Made by a program: the position numbers and the translations under genes. From an uncultured Chloroflexia bacterium (GTDB lineage Bacteria > Chloroflexota > Ktedonobacteria > Ktedonobacterales > JADMIN01), in contig CAVRAI010000013.1 of NCBI GenBank assembly GCA_963718915.1, positions 60,001-92,000 of the forward strand: a stretch of 32,000 bases of DNA. The letters are read 5' to 3'. Numbering within the stretch: the first letter of the stretch is position 1; each line of letters begins with the position of its first letter. Below are positions 1 through 10,781 of the stretch, one piece after another. The notes under the pieces were generated by a model, which worked only from the letters and a program-made list of their open reading frames with translations, searched no databases and was not told where the DNA came from.

Positions 1-5
1 CGCTT

Positions 6-668
6 GTGGCCAGTACAGCATTGCAGGCATTTGGGCAGGGCGCGCTGTGGACTATCCCGGCGCGTGTGGTCCTGACCGGACTGACGCTCTTCCTGCTCTG
101 GCATGCCTGGCAAGTCGTACGTTACGTGCGGGGAAGAATGCCCCAGCGCCTCCTGCGACGGCGTGTGCAGCCTGGTCGTTACTATGAACCACCTACCGCG
201 TCGGAGATGTTCATGCCGCTCATCGTTGGAGTTCTTGACCTGCCTGCATTGCTGAGTCTCTCCTTCGCTGTGAGTCAGCCACATCTCGTGCTCGCCGCTC
301 TGATAGCACTTCCGGTAGTGGTCTTGGTCCTTGTTACAGTGGTCATCGCCGCCGTGTCGGGTTTCGGCGCTGTTGGGGCGGTTGGAGGGCTCGATCAGGT
401 GTCACATGCGCCAGCTCGACCTGTGTCGGTGGCCTCGTTGGCTGCGTTGGACGAGCGGATTACGCGTCTCTCGCAGATACGCGAATGGCTAGGTGACGAC
501 ACGCTCCGAGCGATGGTGGACGATGTGATTGGGCAACAGGTGAGGTCAGCGGCGAGACGACAGGTGACGTTTTCGTTTCTCATTGGGGTTATTTCGTTGG
601 TGTCCGGATGGTTGCTCTCTGCGGTGAGTCCTGTCGCGACGCTGACCAACCTTTTTCCGGGACGTTGA
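6..668 (+). CDS. hypothetical multi-pass membrane protein (frame is open to the window edge, so it may be 5'-partial)
   Basis: 220-aa ORF with several long hydrophobic segments (LTGLTLFLLW, LVLAALIALPVVVLVLVTVVIAAV, FSFLIGVISLVSGWLL). I recognise no family. The start codon is uncertain. Confidence 0.4.
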   Translation: MASTALQAFGQGALWTIPARVVLTGLTLFLLWHAWQVVRYVRGRMPQRLLRRRVQPGRYYEPPTASEMFMPLIVGVLDLPALLSLSFAVSQPHLVLAALIALPVVVLVLVTVVIAAVSGFGAVGAVGGLDQVSHAPARPVSVASLAALDERITRLSQIREWLGDDTLRAMVDDVIGQQVRSAARRQVTFSFLIGVISLVSGWLLSAVSPVATLTNLFPGR

Positions 669-940
669 TGCTGAGGCGACATGCAGACATGAAGTGTCCT
701 CGACGGTGTTGGCTATTACCCCAGGCGAGGTGGCTCACGACGGACACGGACCGGGGACATGGGCGGGAGAGATGGGCGGGAGAGAGGCGATGAAACCAGT
801 AGGAGCATGATTGGTCACCAGATGGTAGACAGCTCCCAGATAGTCTGATTAGCGGGTCGCTCTGTTTGTCTTGACGTGCTCGGACGGTGTGTGTGTACGT
901 AAGAGGGTAGGGCAGTCCTGAGGCAGGAAGGCAGCGCACA

Positions 941-1861
941 ATGTCTGGCATCACCAATTGGAGCGAGGCCCTGGCTGATCCCTGCTTTTGGGTCGGCCGC
1001 TATGCGCAAAATCGTCCTGGGGACAGGGACGTGGAGAAGGATATCGAGGCGTTTTTTGGGCGTTCATTTGAGGCCTGCGAACCGTTTCATCTGCGTCTGT
1101 ATGGAAACATTGATTACGACACGCCGCTGTTCGCAGACGATGCGGACGATGAGACGGAGCCGCCTGCTTCTCCCGATGAGGAGTATGACTACAGTGACTA
1201 TGATGACCAGATCCCACCGACGAGCATCCTCAGACTGCCCTTCCCCGAAAGCTATACCTGGCAGCTAGAATTTGCCGATTACCAGGTCACTCATCTGATT
1301 TATCATCCTGAGGTGTATCCTGGCGGTCGTGCAATCGCGGTGGAGGGTCACACGAGTCTCTTGCCTGGCTTGCGCTGGGCTGAATTGAAGCAGATGGTGG
1401 CCTGCCTCTTGCCACCGGACTGGTCGCCGGTGTTTGACCCGCACATCCTGTATCCACTACTCTACCCCATCGTCGATCCGGTCACGTTGGCTGAGTATGA
1501 CGAGGTGCGCCAGACGCTGCGCGCGGCCTGGGGAGCCTTGCGGATTGTGCCTCCATTGCAGCTTGAGCCGTGGCTCGATGTGAGAATCAACGTCTTTGAG
1601 AACGGTCGTCTGTTGGCCCACGACGAGACGCTGGAGTGGAACGATCGCGCTACGCGACGCGCTCCAGCAGACATCCAAGATCCCAAAGTCATCGAGACTG
1701 ACTGGACAGTTGTCGCAGGAGATATGTGGGCTCGTGACCCCGATGGTGGTTGGTTTATCCACTGGCCGGTCTGGCAACCGGCGACCTCGCGCACCAATGA
1801 TGCTGGCAGCTTCGCGCCTTTTTTCGAGATGTTGGAGCGCCAGACGCAGCCTCACTCGTAA
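941..1861 (+). CDS. hypothetical protein with an acidic D/E/Y-rich linker
   Basis: 306-aa ATG-initiated ORF with non-repetitive, protein-like composition and a DDADDETEPPASPDEEYDYSDYDD low-complexity segment. It is convergent with the STAND gene. No recognisable family. Confidence 0.5.
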   Translation: MSGITNWSEALADPCFWVGRYAQNRPGDRDVEKDIEAFFGRSFEACEPFHLRLYGNIDYDTPLFADDADDETEPPASPDEEYDYSDYDDQIPPTSILRLPFPESYTWQLEFADYQVTHLIYHPEVYPGGRAIAVEGHTSLLPGLRWAELKQMVACLLPPDWSPVFDPHILYPLLYPIVDPVTLAEYDEVRQTLRAAWGALRIVPPLQLEPWLDVRINVFENGRLLAHDETLEWNDRATRRAPADIQDPKVIETDWTVVAGDMWARDPDGGWFIHWPVWQPATSRTNDAGSFAPFFEMLERQTQPHS

Positions 1862-2117
1862 CACGTGCAAGGCAGCTTGTCGATTTCCCTGTTGAGCATT
1901 GTGCGCGAAGACCTGTACCCGAAAACATCTCCTGTTACTTCAACTGGCCTGAACACCTTCTCCTCGCGAAGTCATTACAGAGGCGGCGAGTGAGGTGTTG
2001 GGAGCCGAAAGACGCGAGGAGAGGTGTCGCGGGATGGGGGCGGGTGGGACTTGCTGAGGATGATAGGAGCTACCGAGGGGAGACGGAGAGAGACGGGGAG
2101 AGTTGGCATCACCCTTG

Positions 2118-5072
2118 TTATTGCGCAGGTTTACGCTGCCAGGGCCAGCGGCGGCGCTTCTGCTGAGGTGGCTGCGCGGCTGGGAGAACCGCTGGCCTCT
2201 CGGGCGCATCTCCAGATGCTGGATTGCCTGCGTCGAGGGATGCCAGGTTGCCGGCGACGACACGGGCAGAGTCCACCGCGCCGATCTCCTGGAAGATCGC
2301 TAACGCTTGCTCGTAGTAACGCCGTGCCTCGTCCGGCTGCCCCAGGCTGCGGGCCAACTCGCCCAGGTTGTTGAGGGTCGTCCCCTCCATCGCCCGGTTA
2401 CCGACTTCCCGATGAATGACGAGCGCCTGCTCGTAGTAGCGGCGCGCCTGCTCTATTTGCCCCAGGTTGTACGCCAGGCTGCCCAGGTTGTTGAGGGTGG
2501 TTCCCTCCATCGCCCGATTACCTACTTCCCGATGAATGGCGAGCGCCTGCGCGTAGTAGGTGCGCGCCTGCTCCTGCTGCCCCAGGCTACGAGCCAACTC
2601 GCCCAGGTTGTTGAGGGTGGCGCCCTCCCCGGCGCGGTCGCCCACCTCGCGACAGATGACGAGCGCCTGCTGGTAGTAGTCCCGCGCCTGCTCTATTTGC
2701 CCCAGGTTGTACGCCAGGCTGCCCAGGTTGTTGAGGGTGGCGCCCTCCCCGGCGCGGTCGCCGACCTCGCGCGTGATCGTTAAGTCCTGCTCGAAGTAGC
2801 GCGCCGCTTCTTCTAGTCTGCCAAGATCCATTGAGAGAACACCGAGATTGCCCAGTGTCGTTTCTTCCCCAGGGCGGTCGCCGACCTCCTGTGCGATGAC
2901 GAGCGCCTGCTGGTAGTAGTCCCGCGCCTGCTCTATTTGCCCCAGGTTGTACGCCAGGCTGCCCAGGTTGTTGAGGGTGGCGCCCTCCCCGGCGCGGTCG
3001 CCGACCTCGCGGCGGATGACGAGCGCCTGCTCGTAGTAGCGGCGCGCCTGCTCCTGCTGCCCCAGGCTACGAGCCAACTCGCCCAGGTTGTTGAGGAACC
3101 TGCCCTCGTCACGCCGGTCGCCCAGCGCGCGGCACGCCGCCAGTTGCCAGGCAAACAGCCGCATCCCGGTGTTCCAGTGGCCACCCAGCGTCAGGTAGTC
3201 ATAGAGCGTGTCCACGATGGCGATGACCTGCTGCGGCGCCGCCTGGTCGCGCCTGCGCCAGGTCGAGGGCGGCGACGAGCAGTTCCTCCTCACGCGCGAG
3301 GGCGGCAAAATCATGCCGCTGTTCGGTCGACCAACCGCCGGATGCCCGCGAGCAGGGCACGAGAGACCGTTCGCCTGGATGGCGGTGGGTTCGGCCTGCC
3401 AGAGTTCGTGGGCGTAGTCGCGCAGCAGCGGATGGAGACGGAGGCGTCCCTCGGGCAGTAGGCTCGCCAGGGAGAGCGCCACAGCAGATCGAGGTCGGCC
3501 TGGGCGGAGGCTATCTCGCTGGCGGTTGGTTCGTCGTCAGACTCCGGTGTCTCGTCGGTCGTCGTCGGTCACGTCAGCGTTGGCGGAGCCGTCTTGTTCT
3601 CGGATGCCTGCCAGCAGCCGCACGATGACGCTGCGGGGCCAGTCGGGGCCGCCGGGCAGGCCGAGGGCGGCGAAGCGGGTGCGCTGGAGGGGCGAGAGCG
3701 TCCGCAGACTCTGCGCGAAGCTGTAGCGCATGTTGCGGGTGGCGTCCGTCGGGTCGCCGAGGAGTCCCTGGCTGCGGTCGCGGTCCAGATCGGCGTTGAG
3801 TTGGGCGACGCTCACCTGGACGAGGGCGGCGCGGGCGGCCTGTAACTCGATGGCCAGCGGCAGCCAGCCCAGGCGCTCGACCACGATGGCGGCAGCGGCA
3901 GTGGCATCGCGGGTCTCGTCCCCATCGTCCCCATTCCCACGCGCCGCCTTTCTCGCGGTAGCGTTCGGCGAAGAGCTGGGCGGCGGCGGCGGGTCCAGCA
4001 CATCCAGGCGTACGACCGCGAGCCGTGGGACGGCGGGGGTGTGGCGCGCCGTGACCAGCGCGGTGAGGTGGAGCGCGGAGAGCGTGATCGAGCGCGCGGG
4101 CGAGCGGGAACCCCACCTCGACGTTATCCAGCAGCACCAGGGCAGGGGCAGCATCGCGCAGACGGGCCTGTAGCGCGCGTTCGCGGAGCGTGACCTCCGC
4201 CTCGGGGCCAGCCGTCTGCGCCTGAGCTGCGCCTGGGCCACCTGTTCGGGGGCGAGCGGAGAGCCCCAGTCGGCCAGCAGTTGGTCGTAGAGCCAGGTGA
4301 GGCCAGCCAGTCCCTCGCGTCCGTCACAGCGCGCCCAGGTGACGCCGCCGGGGAAGGCGTCAGGATCGGCGGCCAGGGTGGCGAGCGCCTCCGCCGCCAG
4401 GGCCGACTTGCCGACGCCGCCGAGGCCGGCGACCAGGGCCGAGAGGCCGACGCTCTGGCCCGACCGCAGCCGCTGGCAGAGGTCCGCCAACTCGCGCGTG
4501 CGCCCGACGAATTCGGCGGCGCGGGGAGCCAGGTTGAACGGTGGGCGTGGCTGGGTGGGTTCGCGGTCACGCAGGAAGCGGTGCAGGGCCGCCGCAACTT
4601 CCAGCGCCGCGCTCTCGGGCGTGGTGAAGAAGGCGGCGACACGATCACGGCCCACCTCTTCGCGGAAGGCGCGGACCAATTCGGCGTGCTCAGGGTCGCG
4701 GACGGCGGCGGGGAAGAGCGCGTTGGGTCCGTCATCTTCTTCGGTGGCGGGATCGGCGAGGAAGATCAGGCGGGGCATGTTGGCGTCTTTGGCGGCGCGG
4801 TACTCCAGGTGGGTGACGGAGCGTGTTTCGTTGGGGGGAATGGTAGGGATCGTGCCGTAGCGCCAGGCAAGGAGCAGGATATAGACATCGGCGGAGGCAA
4901 GCTCGGCCAGCGAGACCTGGGTGGCGTCGCCGTCCTGCGCGCCGAAGTCCTCCATGACGACGGGGTGCTCGTCGAATTTCGCGATGAGGCGGCGCACGGC
5001 GCGGCGATGAGCATGCAGGTCAACGCTGGTGGAGCTGAGAAAGATGCGCAACATCGACCGGGGAGGTTCCAT
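2118..5072 (-). pseudogene. STAND NTPase: DUF4062-like N-terminal domain, NB-ARC P-loop NTPase and C-terminal TPR array; frame broken at >=8 positions as sequenced
   Basis: The N-terminus MLRIFLSSTSVDL...VYILLLAWRYGTIP matches my memory of the DUF4062 pattern. Walker A is GLGGVGKSALA. NB-ARC-like LLLDNVE, AAAQLFAERY and LGWLPLAIELQAA lie in different frames. LLPEGRLRLHPLLRDYA is followed by about 7 TPR units (LNNLGxLAxxLGQxEQARxYYEQAL). The likely start is ATG at 5072, preceded by GAGAGG. The pieces are spread over ORFs 3537..5150, 3574..4137 and 2118..3482. Confidence 0.8.
2290..3120. repeat. tandem ~120-nt DNA repeats encoding the TPR units, including an exact 117-nt duplication (2655-2771 = 2895-3011)
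   Basis: Direct comparison of sequence lines: gatgacgagcgcctgctggtagtagtcccgcgcctgctctatttgccccaggttgtacgccaggctgcccaggttgttgagggtggcgccctccccggcgcggtcgccgacctcgcg occurs twice, 240 nt apart. Diverged copies are at about 2415 and about 2535. Confidence 0.9.
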
Positions 5073-5475
5073 CGTCGCCCGCCTCTCTGTGAGCGCTTGT
5101 ACGCTCGTGCTGGTGGTATGTGGAGTGATCCGCCCGCGTCGGGAATGCATGTCGTGGCAAGCGTGTGTTGAGTGGCCCTCATTCTAAGCGTCTGCTGCAC
5201 GGAGTGTCAAGCGGCAAGATGTAGCGTAAGTGATCGGTGAAGGTGGCGCAACGGGGGCCTCAGGCAAGCATATAGGCCGTCTGCAAAGGCCATGCCTCTC
5301 GTCGAGCCCGCGATCTTGGTTCCACTCAAGCACACAGATTGGCGCTGTCTCAGCGTGTTACGATAGATGGCGGTGGAATTCACGCAGACAATCTGGGGTA
5401 AAGTGGCAGCTGTTTGTGTCGGCGCGACTGGCGTTGCGGTGCGATAGTGGTGCGCGATAGGCGGAGGAGCGGTGC

Positions 5476-6276
5476 ATGGCAAGTCTCTCAGCCCTGGAGG
5501 GCATTGAGGCCTATTTGATGGATATGGATGGTGTGCTGGTGCGCGGGGCGCAGCTGATTCCGGGCGCGGCGGACTTCATCACGCGGCTGCGCGCGGTGGG
5601 TAAGCCCTTCCTGATCCTGACGAATAGCTCGGTCTATACCCCACGTGACTTGCAGGAGCGGCTCGTGCACAGTGGGTTGGATGTCGCTGTCGAAAACCTG
5701 TACACCTCGGCGCTGGCCACCGCGCAATTCCTGAAAAATCAGTGTCCCGGCGGGCGCGCCTATGTGGTGGGCGAGGCAGGTCTGACGACCGCGCTCCATG
5801 ACGCGGGCTATGTGCTCACCGACCGGGAACCAGACTATGTGGTGCTGGGCGAGACGCTGTCGTATAGCTTTCAGCGGCTGTCGGTGGCCATCAGTCTGGT
5901 GGCGGCGGGGGCGCGCTTCATTGCCACGAATCCGGATGTGGTGGGGCCAGCGGAAGAGGGGCTGATACCTGCGACGGGGGCGGTGGCGGCGCTGATTGCG
6001 GCGGCGACCGGCGTGAAACCGTACTTCGTGGGCAAGCCGAATCCCCTGATGATGCGCTCGGCGCTGCGGCAGTTGGGCGCGCACTCTGAGACGGCGGTGA
6101 TGATTGGCGACCGGATGGATACGGACATTGTGGCAGGGACAGAGGCTGGCATGCGCACGATGCTCGTGTTGAGTGGCGTGACGCAGCGCGCACAGGTGGA
6201 CCGGTTCCCGTATCGCCCGACGCTGGTCTTCGACTCGGTGGCGCAGATCGAGGTGGGCAAGGTGGGCGAGGTGTGA
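5476..6276 (+). CDS. HAD-IIA family hydrolase (NagD-like sugar-phosphatase family)
   Basis: Motifs YLMDMDGVL (DxDG), LILTNSS, GKPNP and [12 protein letters not shown] in a 266-aa intact ORF. Confidence 0.85.
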   Translation: MASLSALEGIEAYLMDMDGVLVRGAQLIPGAADFITRLRAVGKPFLILTNSSVYTPRDLQERLVHSGLDVAVENLYTSALATAQFLKNQCPGGRAYVVGEAGLTTALHDAGYVLTDREPDYVVLGETLSYSFQRLSVAISLVAAGARFIATNPDVVGPAEEGLIPATGAVAALIAAATGVKPYFVGKPNPLMMRSALRQLGAHSETAVMIGDRMDTDIVAGTEAGMRTMLVLSGVTQRAQVDRFPYRPTLVFDSVAQIEVGKVGEV

Positions 6277-6434
6277 GACGCCGAGAAGGCATCTGATGCG
6301 GTGACCGAGGCTGATGGGGATCGCTCAATGAGTAGTCAATGGCATCTTCGTACGAGTCGTCCGTAAGACTTTATTTAGGGCGATGTGGGGTAGCGAGAGG
6401 CGCAGAGTGGCAAGATGGGACCGGATAGCATCCC

Positions 6435-7323
6435 TTACTCCGGCGGCGGGAGCAGGGACGAGAAGAACTCCGTCTGGTGGTTGAGCAGGGTGGAGAAATG
6501 GCCCTCGTCTGGGTAATAGGTGGCTATACACCCGGCGAGCTTTCCCGCCATGCCGCGCGCCATGCCAATCGGCACATTGGTATCGCGGGCGCCATGCCAC
6601 AGGTAGAGCGGCTGGAAGGCCATGTTATCGCCCAATCGCGTCCATACAGCTTGCCCTCATAGGCGGCTCCTCGCACCCCTTGACGATAGGTCTCTCGGGC
6701 GGATGCGGCCAGTGGGTCGACGAAGTCATGGGCCAGGATTGCCTCGCGGTCGGGCTGCGCCATGTGCTGGATGGCCCTAGCCACGGCCTTTTTGGCGTGA
6801 TTTTCGTCGCGGAAAGGGCGCGCCGTCAAGCCAAGGAGGGGTGTGAGCAACCAGTTGGCGCGGTGGGCGAGGAACAAGACCAAGCGATTTTGTCGGCTCG
6901 TCCCGGAGACGCCCAACGTTAGCGGCCCGATGCCCGACACGACGCCACAGGAGATGAGGCGTTCGGGAATCTGTTGCGCACAAGCGAGCGCATAGGGCGC
7001 GCCACCGGAGACACCCACGACCGCGAAGCGTTCGATGCCCAGGCGCTCGGTCACCGCGGTGAGGTCGCGGGGCCAATCGAGAAAAGTGCGGTCGTCCTGG
7101 AAGGCGGAACGCCCGTAGCCGGGGCGATCAAGGCGAGCACGCGAATATGCGCCTCTGCGGCGTGCGCAGAGAGGGCAGCCGCCTCGAGGCGCGACCCAGG
7201 ATAGCCGTGGCAGTAGACGAGGACATTGCCATCGGGGCTACCGTACTCCGCGAAGCCGAGCATTCGACCATCGGGCAGTTGTAATGTCTGGTCGGTTTTC
7301 ACGACGGCGTCAGTATGCTCCAT
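6435..7323 (-). pseudogene. alpha/beta hydrolase, two apparent frameshifts as sequenced
   Basis: Three ORF pieces (7051..7323, 6524..7054, 6435..6635) join into VLVYCHGYPGSR...LALDRPGYGRS...VVGVSGGAPYA (GxSxG nucleophile elbow)...LWHGARDTNVP...YPDEGHF. Frame is restored by adding one base at 7129 (ttg to ttgg on the coding strand) and one at 6631-6633 (ggg to gggg). Confidence 0.8.
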
Positions 7324-7820
7324 GGCGCTTCACCTGACTCCATCGCCTGGTTCACGATTGGTTGAGACAAGTGTACACTGGCTGTCCATGCACGACAAGC
7401 GTTTGACGCAAGGTGTGACAGCACACGCGCGAGAGGGCAAGAGCGAGGACGCTCGTCCTCTGGCGTGACCAGGCGCATGTCGATTTGCGCGCCGAGTTGC
7501 CACTACCTGGAGTTCATAGTCGACCACGCGCGTATCGTGCTGAAGAATCGCTACGCCGCTGTCAAATCCCACCTGGACTGGGTACGCGCTTCCAGTGTGA
7601 CGAAGCGCTTGGCAACGTCGCCGGTATGAATCGGCGGAGCTGCCGTGCTACGGTGGGGGGAATGCCTGGCGCCTCCGGCTTATTAGAAAGTGTTTGGGAA
7701 AAATTTGCGGTAGTCTTGTACGTCAAGAAGAGCGAGCGAGAAGACGTTTCTCTGCCAGCGTCGTGCTAACGTGGTAATGCTCGCAGTTGACAAGCATCCT
7801 GAGAGAAAGGTCAGAAAACG

Positions 7821-8366
7821 ATGAGAAAAGTTGTCGGCTATTTATTAGCAACACTCGATGGCGTTGTCGAGGCGGGAGATTGGATCGAGCAGTTTGATGA
7901 AGACATGCGGGAGTTTATGGTGGAAGTGATCAACGAGCAGGACGCTGTCCTGCTCGGGCGTGCGACGTATCAGGAATGGGCTGCCTACTGGCCCACCGCG
8001 ACCGGCGAATCCGCCTTTGCTCACTTCATTAACCCGGTCCCCAAGTACGTAGTTTCAACCACCTTGAGCAATGTCGAGGAATGGCAGCCCGCAACCTTAA
8101 TCAAGGGAGATATTTTCCAGACGATCGCTCAGTTGAAGCAGCAATCGGGGAAGAACATTGGCGCACATGGAAGTCTCACGCTCGTTCGCTCCCTGCTTGA
8201 GCGGGACCTTTTGGATGAGCTCATCGTGGTCGTTTTTCCCATCTTGCTGGGTGGAGGAAAGCGTCTTCTCAACGAGGGAGATAGTCCCAAAAGATTGACT
8301 CTCGTCAGCTCAAAATCGACCAGAACGGGAGGTCTACTCCTCACCTACCAACTTGCTCGACCCTAG
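7821..8366 (+). CDS. dihydrofolate reductase family protein (RibD C-terminal domain type)
   Basis: MRKVVGYLLATLDGVV...LLGRATYQEWAAYWP...KYVVSTTL...GSLTLVRSLLERDLLDELIVVVFPILLGGGKRLL is the typical pattern of this family. Confidence 0.8.
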   Translation: MRKVVGYLLATLDGVVEAGDWIEQFDEDMREFMVEVINEQDAVLLGRATYQEWAAYWPTATGESAFAHFINPVPKYVVSTTLSNVEEWQPATLIKGDIFQTIAQLKQQSGKNIGAHGSLTLVRSLLERDLLDELIVVVFPILLGGGKRLLNEGDSPKRLTLVSSKSTRTGGLLLTYQLARP

Positions 8367-8593
8367 CAACGCGCAACGGAGCGCCCCATGAGAACCATCA
8401 GCGGGATCAACGGCGCCAGCGGCGCCTATTGTCTATCAATCAGATCGCTTGGGTACACGGAAAGGCCATGCCGGGGTTGCTCTCCGAAATCTGCGTGAGA
8501 CACACACTTCGGAAAGGGTATCTGCTGGCGGCTGTTGCTGGCTTTACCCCTTCTTAGGCACTTACCTAGGCTCGATTTTAGGCTCGATGCGCG

Positions 8594-9208
8594 TCACTTG
8601 TTTTCCGCTTTGCCCATATCCCGCTTCTCATCGACTGTATCATCCGAGTCGTGCGGCGCCACTTCAGCCTCCTGAGCTTGCGAGAGACTGCCGAGGCTGA
8701 TAAACGTGGCGAGATCCCACGCGTTGTGGAGGCCGACGAGCACCAGTAGCAGCATCGCTCCGCCGATGGCAAACAGTGGCCCTTCTGGACTGCCTGGGAG
8801 CACCAGCGCCGCAACCAGGAACACTGCATAGGCAACGTACGGCCCGATCACAAAGCCGAGCCAGTCTTCCGCCACTGGCTGATACCCCAGTCGCCGCCGC
8901 ATGCGTCGCAGAATGATGGTGACGTAGCCGATTCCGCCGAGACCAGCGAGGCCGAGGAGGAGGGCGGCCTGTGTGAGCGTTGCCCAGGGCGCGCTGAGGA
9001 GGGCGGCGATGAAGAGAACGGCGCCCATATGCACGACGGTCGGCGTGGTAAACGTCGCAACGCCCCAGTTCGCACGTTGCTGGCGACGTCCCGCGTTCAG
9101 GCTGATGACCACGAATAGCAAGCCGGTCAGCGCCCCAGCGGAAGAGCCAACGATGATGTAGAAGTTTTCCCATGCGGCCAGCGGCTCTGACACTATGGCA
9201 GCCTCCAA
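8594..9208 (-). CDS. hypothetical integral membrane protein
   Basis: 204-aa ORF with about 5 hydrophobic helices. It starts 6 nt after the stop of the upstream DUF4177-like ORF, so the two are probably an operon. Confidence 0.6.
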   Translation of the reverse strand: MEAAIVSEPLAAWENFYIIVGSSAGALTGLLFVVISLNAGRRQQRANWGVATFTTPTVVHMGAVLFIAALLSAPWATLTQAALLLGLAGLGGIGYVTIILRRMRRRLGYQPVAEDWLGFVIGPYVAYAVFLVAALVLPGSPEGPLFAIGGAMLLLVLVGLHNAWDLATFISLGSLSQAQEAEVAPHDSDDTVDEKRDMGKAENK

Positions 9209-9213
9209 ACCTG

Positions 9214-9456
9214 CTAGAGCGCGTCGTCAATCGCTCGCCCCGGCTCGATGGCGCGCTTGAAGTAGAGCTCAAGGGAATTGAAGGGGTCGCCTGCCTGGAA
9301 GACGTTCACCAGCTCCCAACCAGCAGCCCCTAGATGTTCCATGGCCTCATAGAACGCGATTGCCCGCGGGTTGAGCCACTCGGAGCTGGTACAGTAGGTC
9401 AGCACCGTGCTGCCTGAACTACTCGAAATTTTACAGTATTGCCATTGCTGACTCAT
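9214..9456 (-). CDS. small DUF4177-like protein (80 aa)
   Basis: ATG at 9456 is preceded by the strong SD AAGGAGGAG. MSQQWQYCKI...EHLGAAGWELVNVF resembles the DUF4177 pattern. The longer 218-aa ORF in the track is Arg/Cys/Pro-rich junk upstream of this start. Confidence 0.6.
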   Translation of the reverse strand: MSQQWQYCKISSSSGSTVLTYCTSSEWLNPRAIAFYEAMEHLGAAGWELVNVFQAGDPFNSLELYFKRAIEPGRAIDDAL

Positions 9457-9882
9457 AGAGCCACTCCTCCTTGCTGGCGAATGTGCAGGGTGTGGGGAGC
9501 CAAAGGATACAAGGTCACTCGGTTGCATGGCACGCATCCTCATTGCACACCTAGCCATTAGGGGGCATTGATTGGCAACATTTAGGCCATGAAGTGCTGA
9601 GGCGTTTTCGTGCATCCCTGGTGACCTTGGACGGCCGCAAGTGCGGCCTTGCCAGACAGCCGTGGGCTGCGTCATAGTCGATTCCAGCGGCTGCTCCGGT
9701 TCACCCCCACAGGCGTGGGGATGGCACGAGATTGATACGAGAAACTGTAGGAGAAGGGCGTCCAGTCGCACAGAGGCCACCAGGAGGCACTCTCGCAGAC
9801 ATGAGTGTCTTACACACATGCTGGAGGGCATCCGTGGTATGGCGCTTCCACCCGCTGACAGCCTGCGCAATGTATACTGGCA

Positions 9883-9898
9883 ATGTATCCTGATACAT
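9883..9898. promoter_or_regulatory. perfect 7-2-7 palindrome ATGTATCctGATACAT overlapping a GCAATGTAT direct repeat; candidate operator upstream of the aquaporin gene
   Basis: Seen directly. GCAATGTATA is at 9867-9876 and GCAATGTATC at 9880-9889. The palindrome at 9883-9898 lies about 45-60 nt upstream of the MIP start. Confidence 0.35.
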
Positions 9899-9941
9899 AA
9901 AGCTACACGCGGCTCAGACGTCCTGCCGAGGACTAGAGGAC

Positions 9942-10781
9942 GTGGGGGGAACGCTGGATATGCAGGCGCGAGACGCAGCCTCGAAGCAGCACACGGGCGG
10001 CCACCTGGATGTGGGCGCGATCACAAACTTCTTCAGCGATCCACACAATCCCCACCAGTGGTGGCGGCGTCTCTATGCCGAGCTGCTGGGCACTTTTCTG
10101 CTGACGCTGGTGGCGGCAGGCGCTGATGTCATTGGCGCGGCGACAGGGCGACCCGCCGACAGCCTCGCGCGCTACGTCGCGCCAGCTCTGCTGGTGATGG
10201 CGATGATCTACACGATTGGCAACGTCTCGGGCGCGCACCTGAACCCGGTGGTCACGCTGGCCTTCTCGCTGCGGCGTGATTTTCCGTGGAGGCGGGTGTT
10301 GGGCTATTGGGGCGCCCAAATGGCTGGTTCAGTGCTGGCGGCGCTCTTCCTGCTGGTCGTCTTCGGCGACAGGGCGCACCTGGGCGCCACGATCCCGAAC
10401 CCACGGACGGGAGACGGGGCGGCGCTGGTAGTCGAGATTGCGCTGACGGCGCTGCTGGTGACGGTGATCCTGGGCACGGCGCACAACCAGCGGCTGGTAG
10501 GACATAATGCCGCCTTCGCGGTAGCCGGAACGATCGCGCTGGCGGGCCTGTTCGCGGGACCCGTCAGCGGGGCCTCGATGAATCCCGCGCGCTCGTTCGG
10601 TCCAGCGCTGTTGGGTGGAGCGCTGGGGAGCTATTGGATCTACCTGTTGGGCCCAGTCATCGGCGGGCTCCTCGCCGCGGGGATGGCGTGGGTTCTGCGT
10701 GGCAGCCACAGCCCCGCGGCGGTGGTGGCAGCGACTGGGGACGAGTCCGCCACGATGGATGTCACCCAACAGCATAAATAG
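9942..10781 (+). CDS. MIP/aquaporin family channel
   Basis: Two half-helix motifs, SGAHLNPVVTLAF (NPV variant) and SGASMNPARSFGPAL (NPA), with six hydrophobic segments. The start is either GTG 9942 or ATG 9960. Confidence 0.9.
   Translation: MGGTLDMQARDAASKQHTGGHLDVGAITNFFSDPHNPHQWWRRLYAELLGTFLLTLVAAGADVIGAATGRPADSLARYVAPALLVMAMIYTIGNVSGAHLNPVVTLAFSLRRDFPWRRVLGYWGAQMAGSVLAALFLLVVFGDRAHLGATIPNPRTGDGAALVVEIALTALLVTVILGTAHNQRLVGHNAAFAVAGTIALAGLFAGPVSGASMNPARSFGPALLGGALGSYWIYLLGPVIGGLLAAGMAWVLRGSHSPAAVVAATGDESATMDVTQQHK

Noticed and set aside
2307-5171. Long plus-strand ORFs (2307..2783, 2937..3461, 4281..5171, 4297..4860) opposite the STAND gene
   Set aside because: They are antisense shadows typical of high-GC coding DNA: Arg/Ala/Gly/Pro-rich, with no motifs. 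The minus strand carries clear DUF4062, NB-ARC and TPR signatures.
9457-9870. The N-terminal 138 aa of track ORF 9214..9870
   Set aside because: The composition is junk-like (Cys/Arg/Pro/His-rich). A strong SD plus ATG at 9456 begins the recognisable 80-aa DUF4177-like domain.
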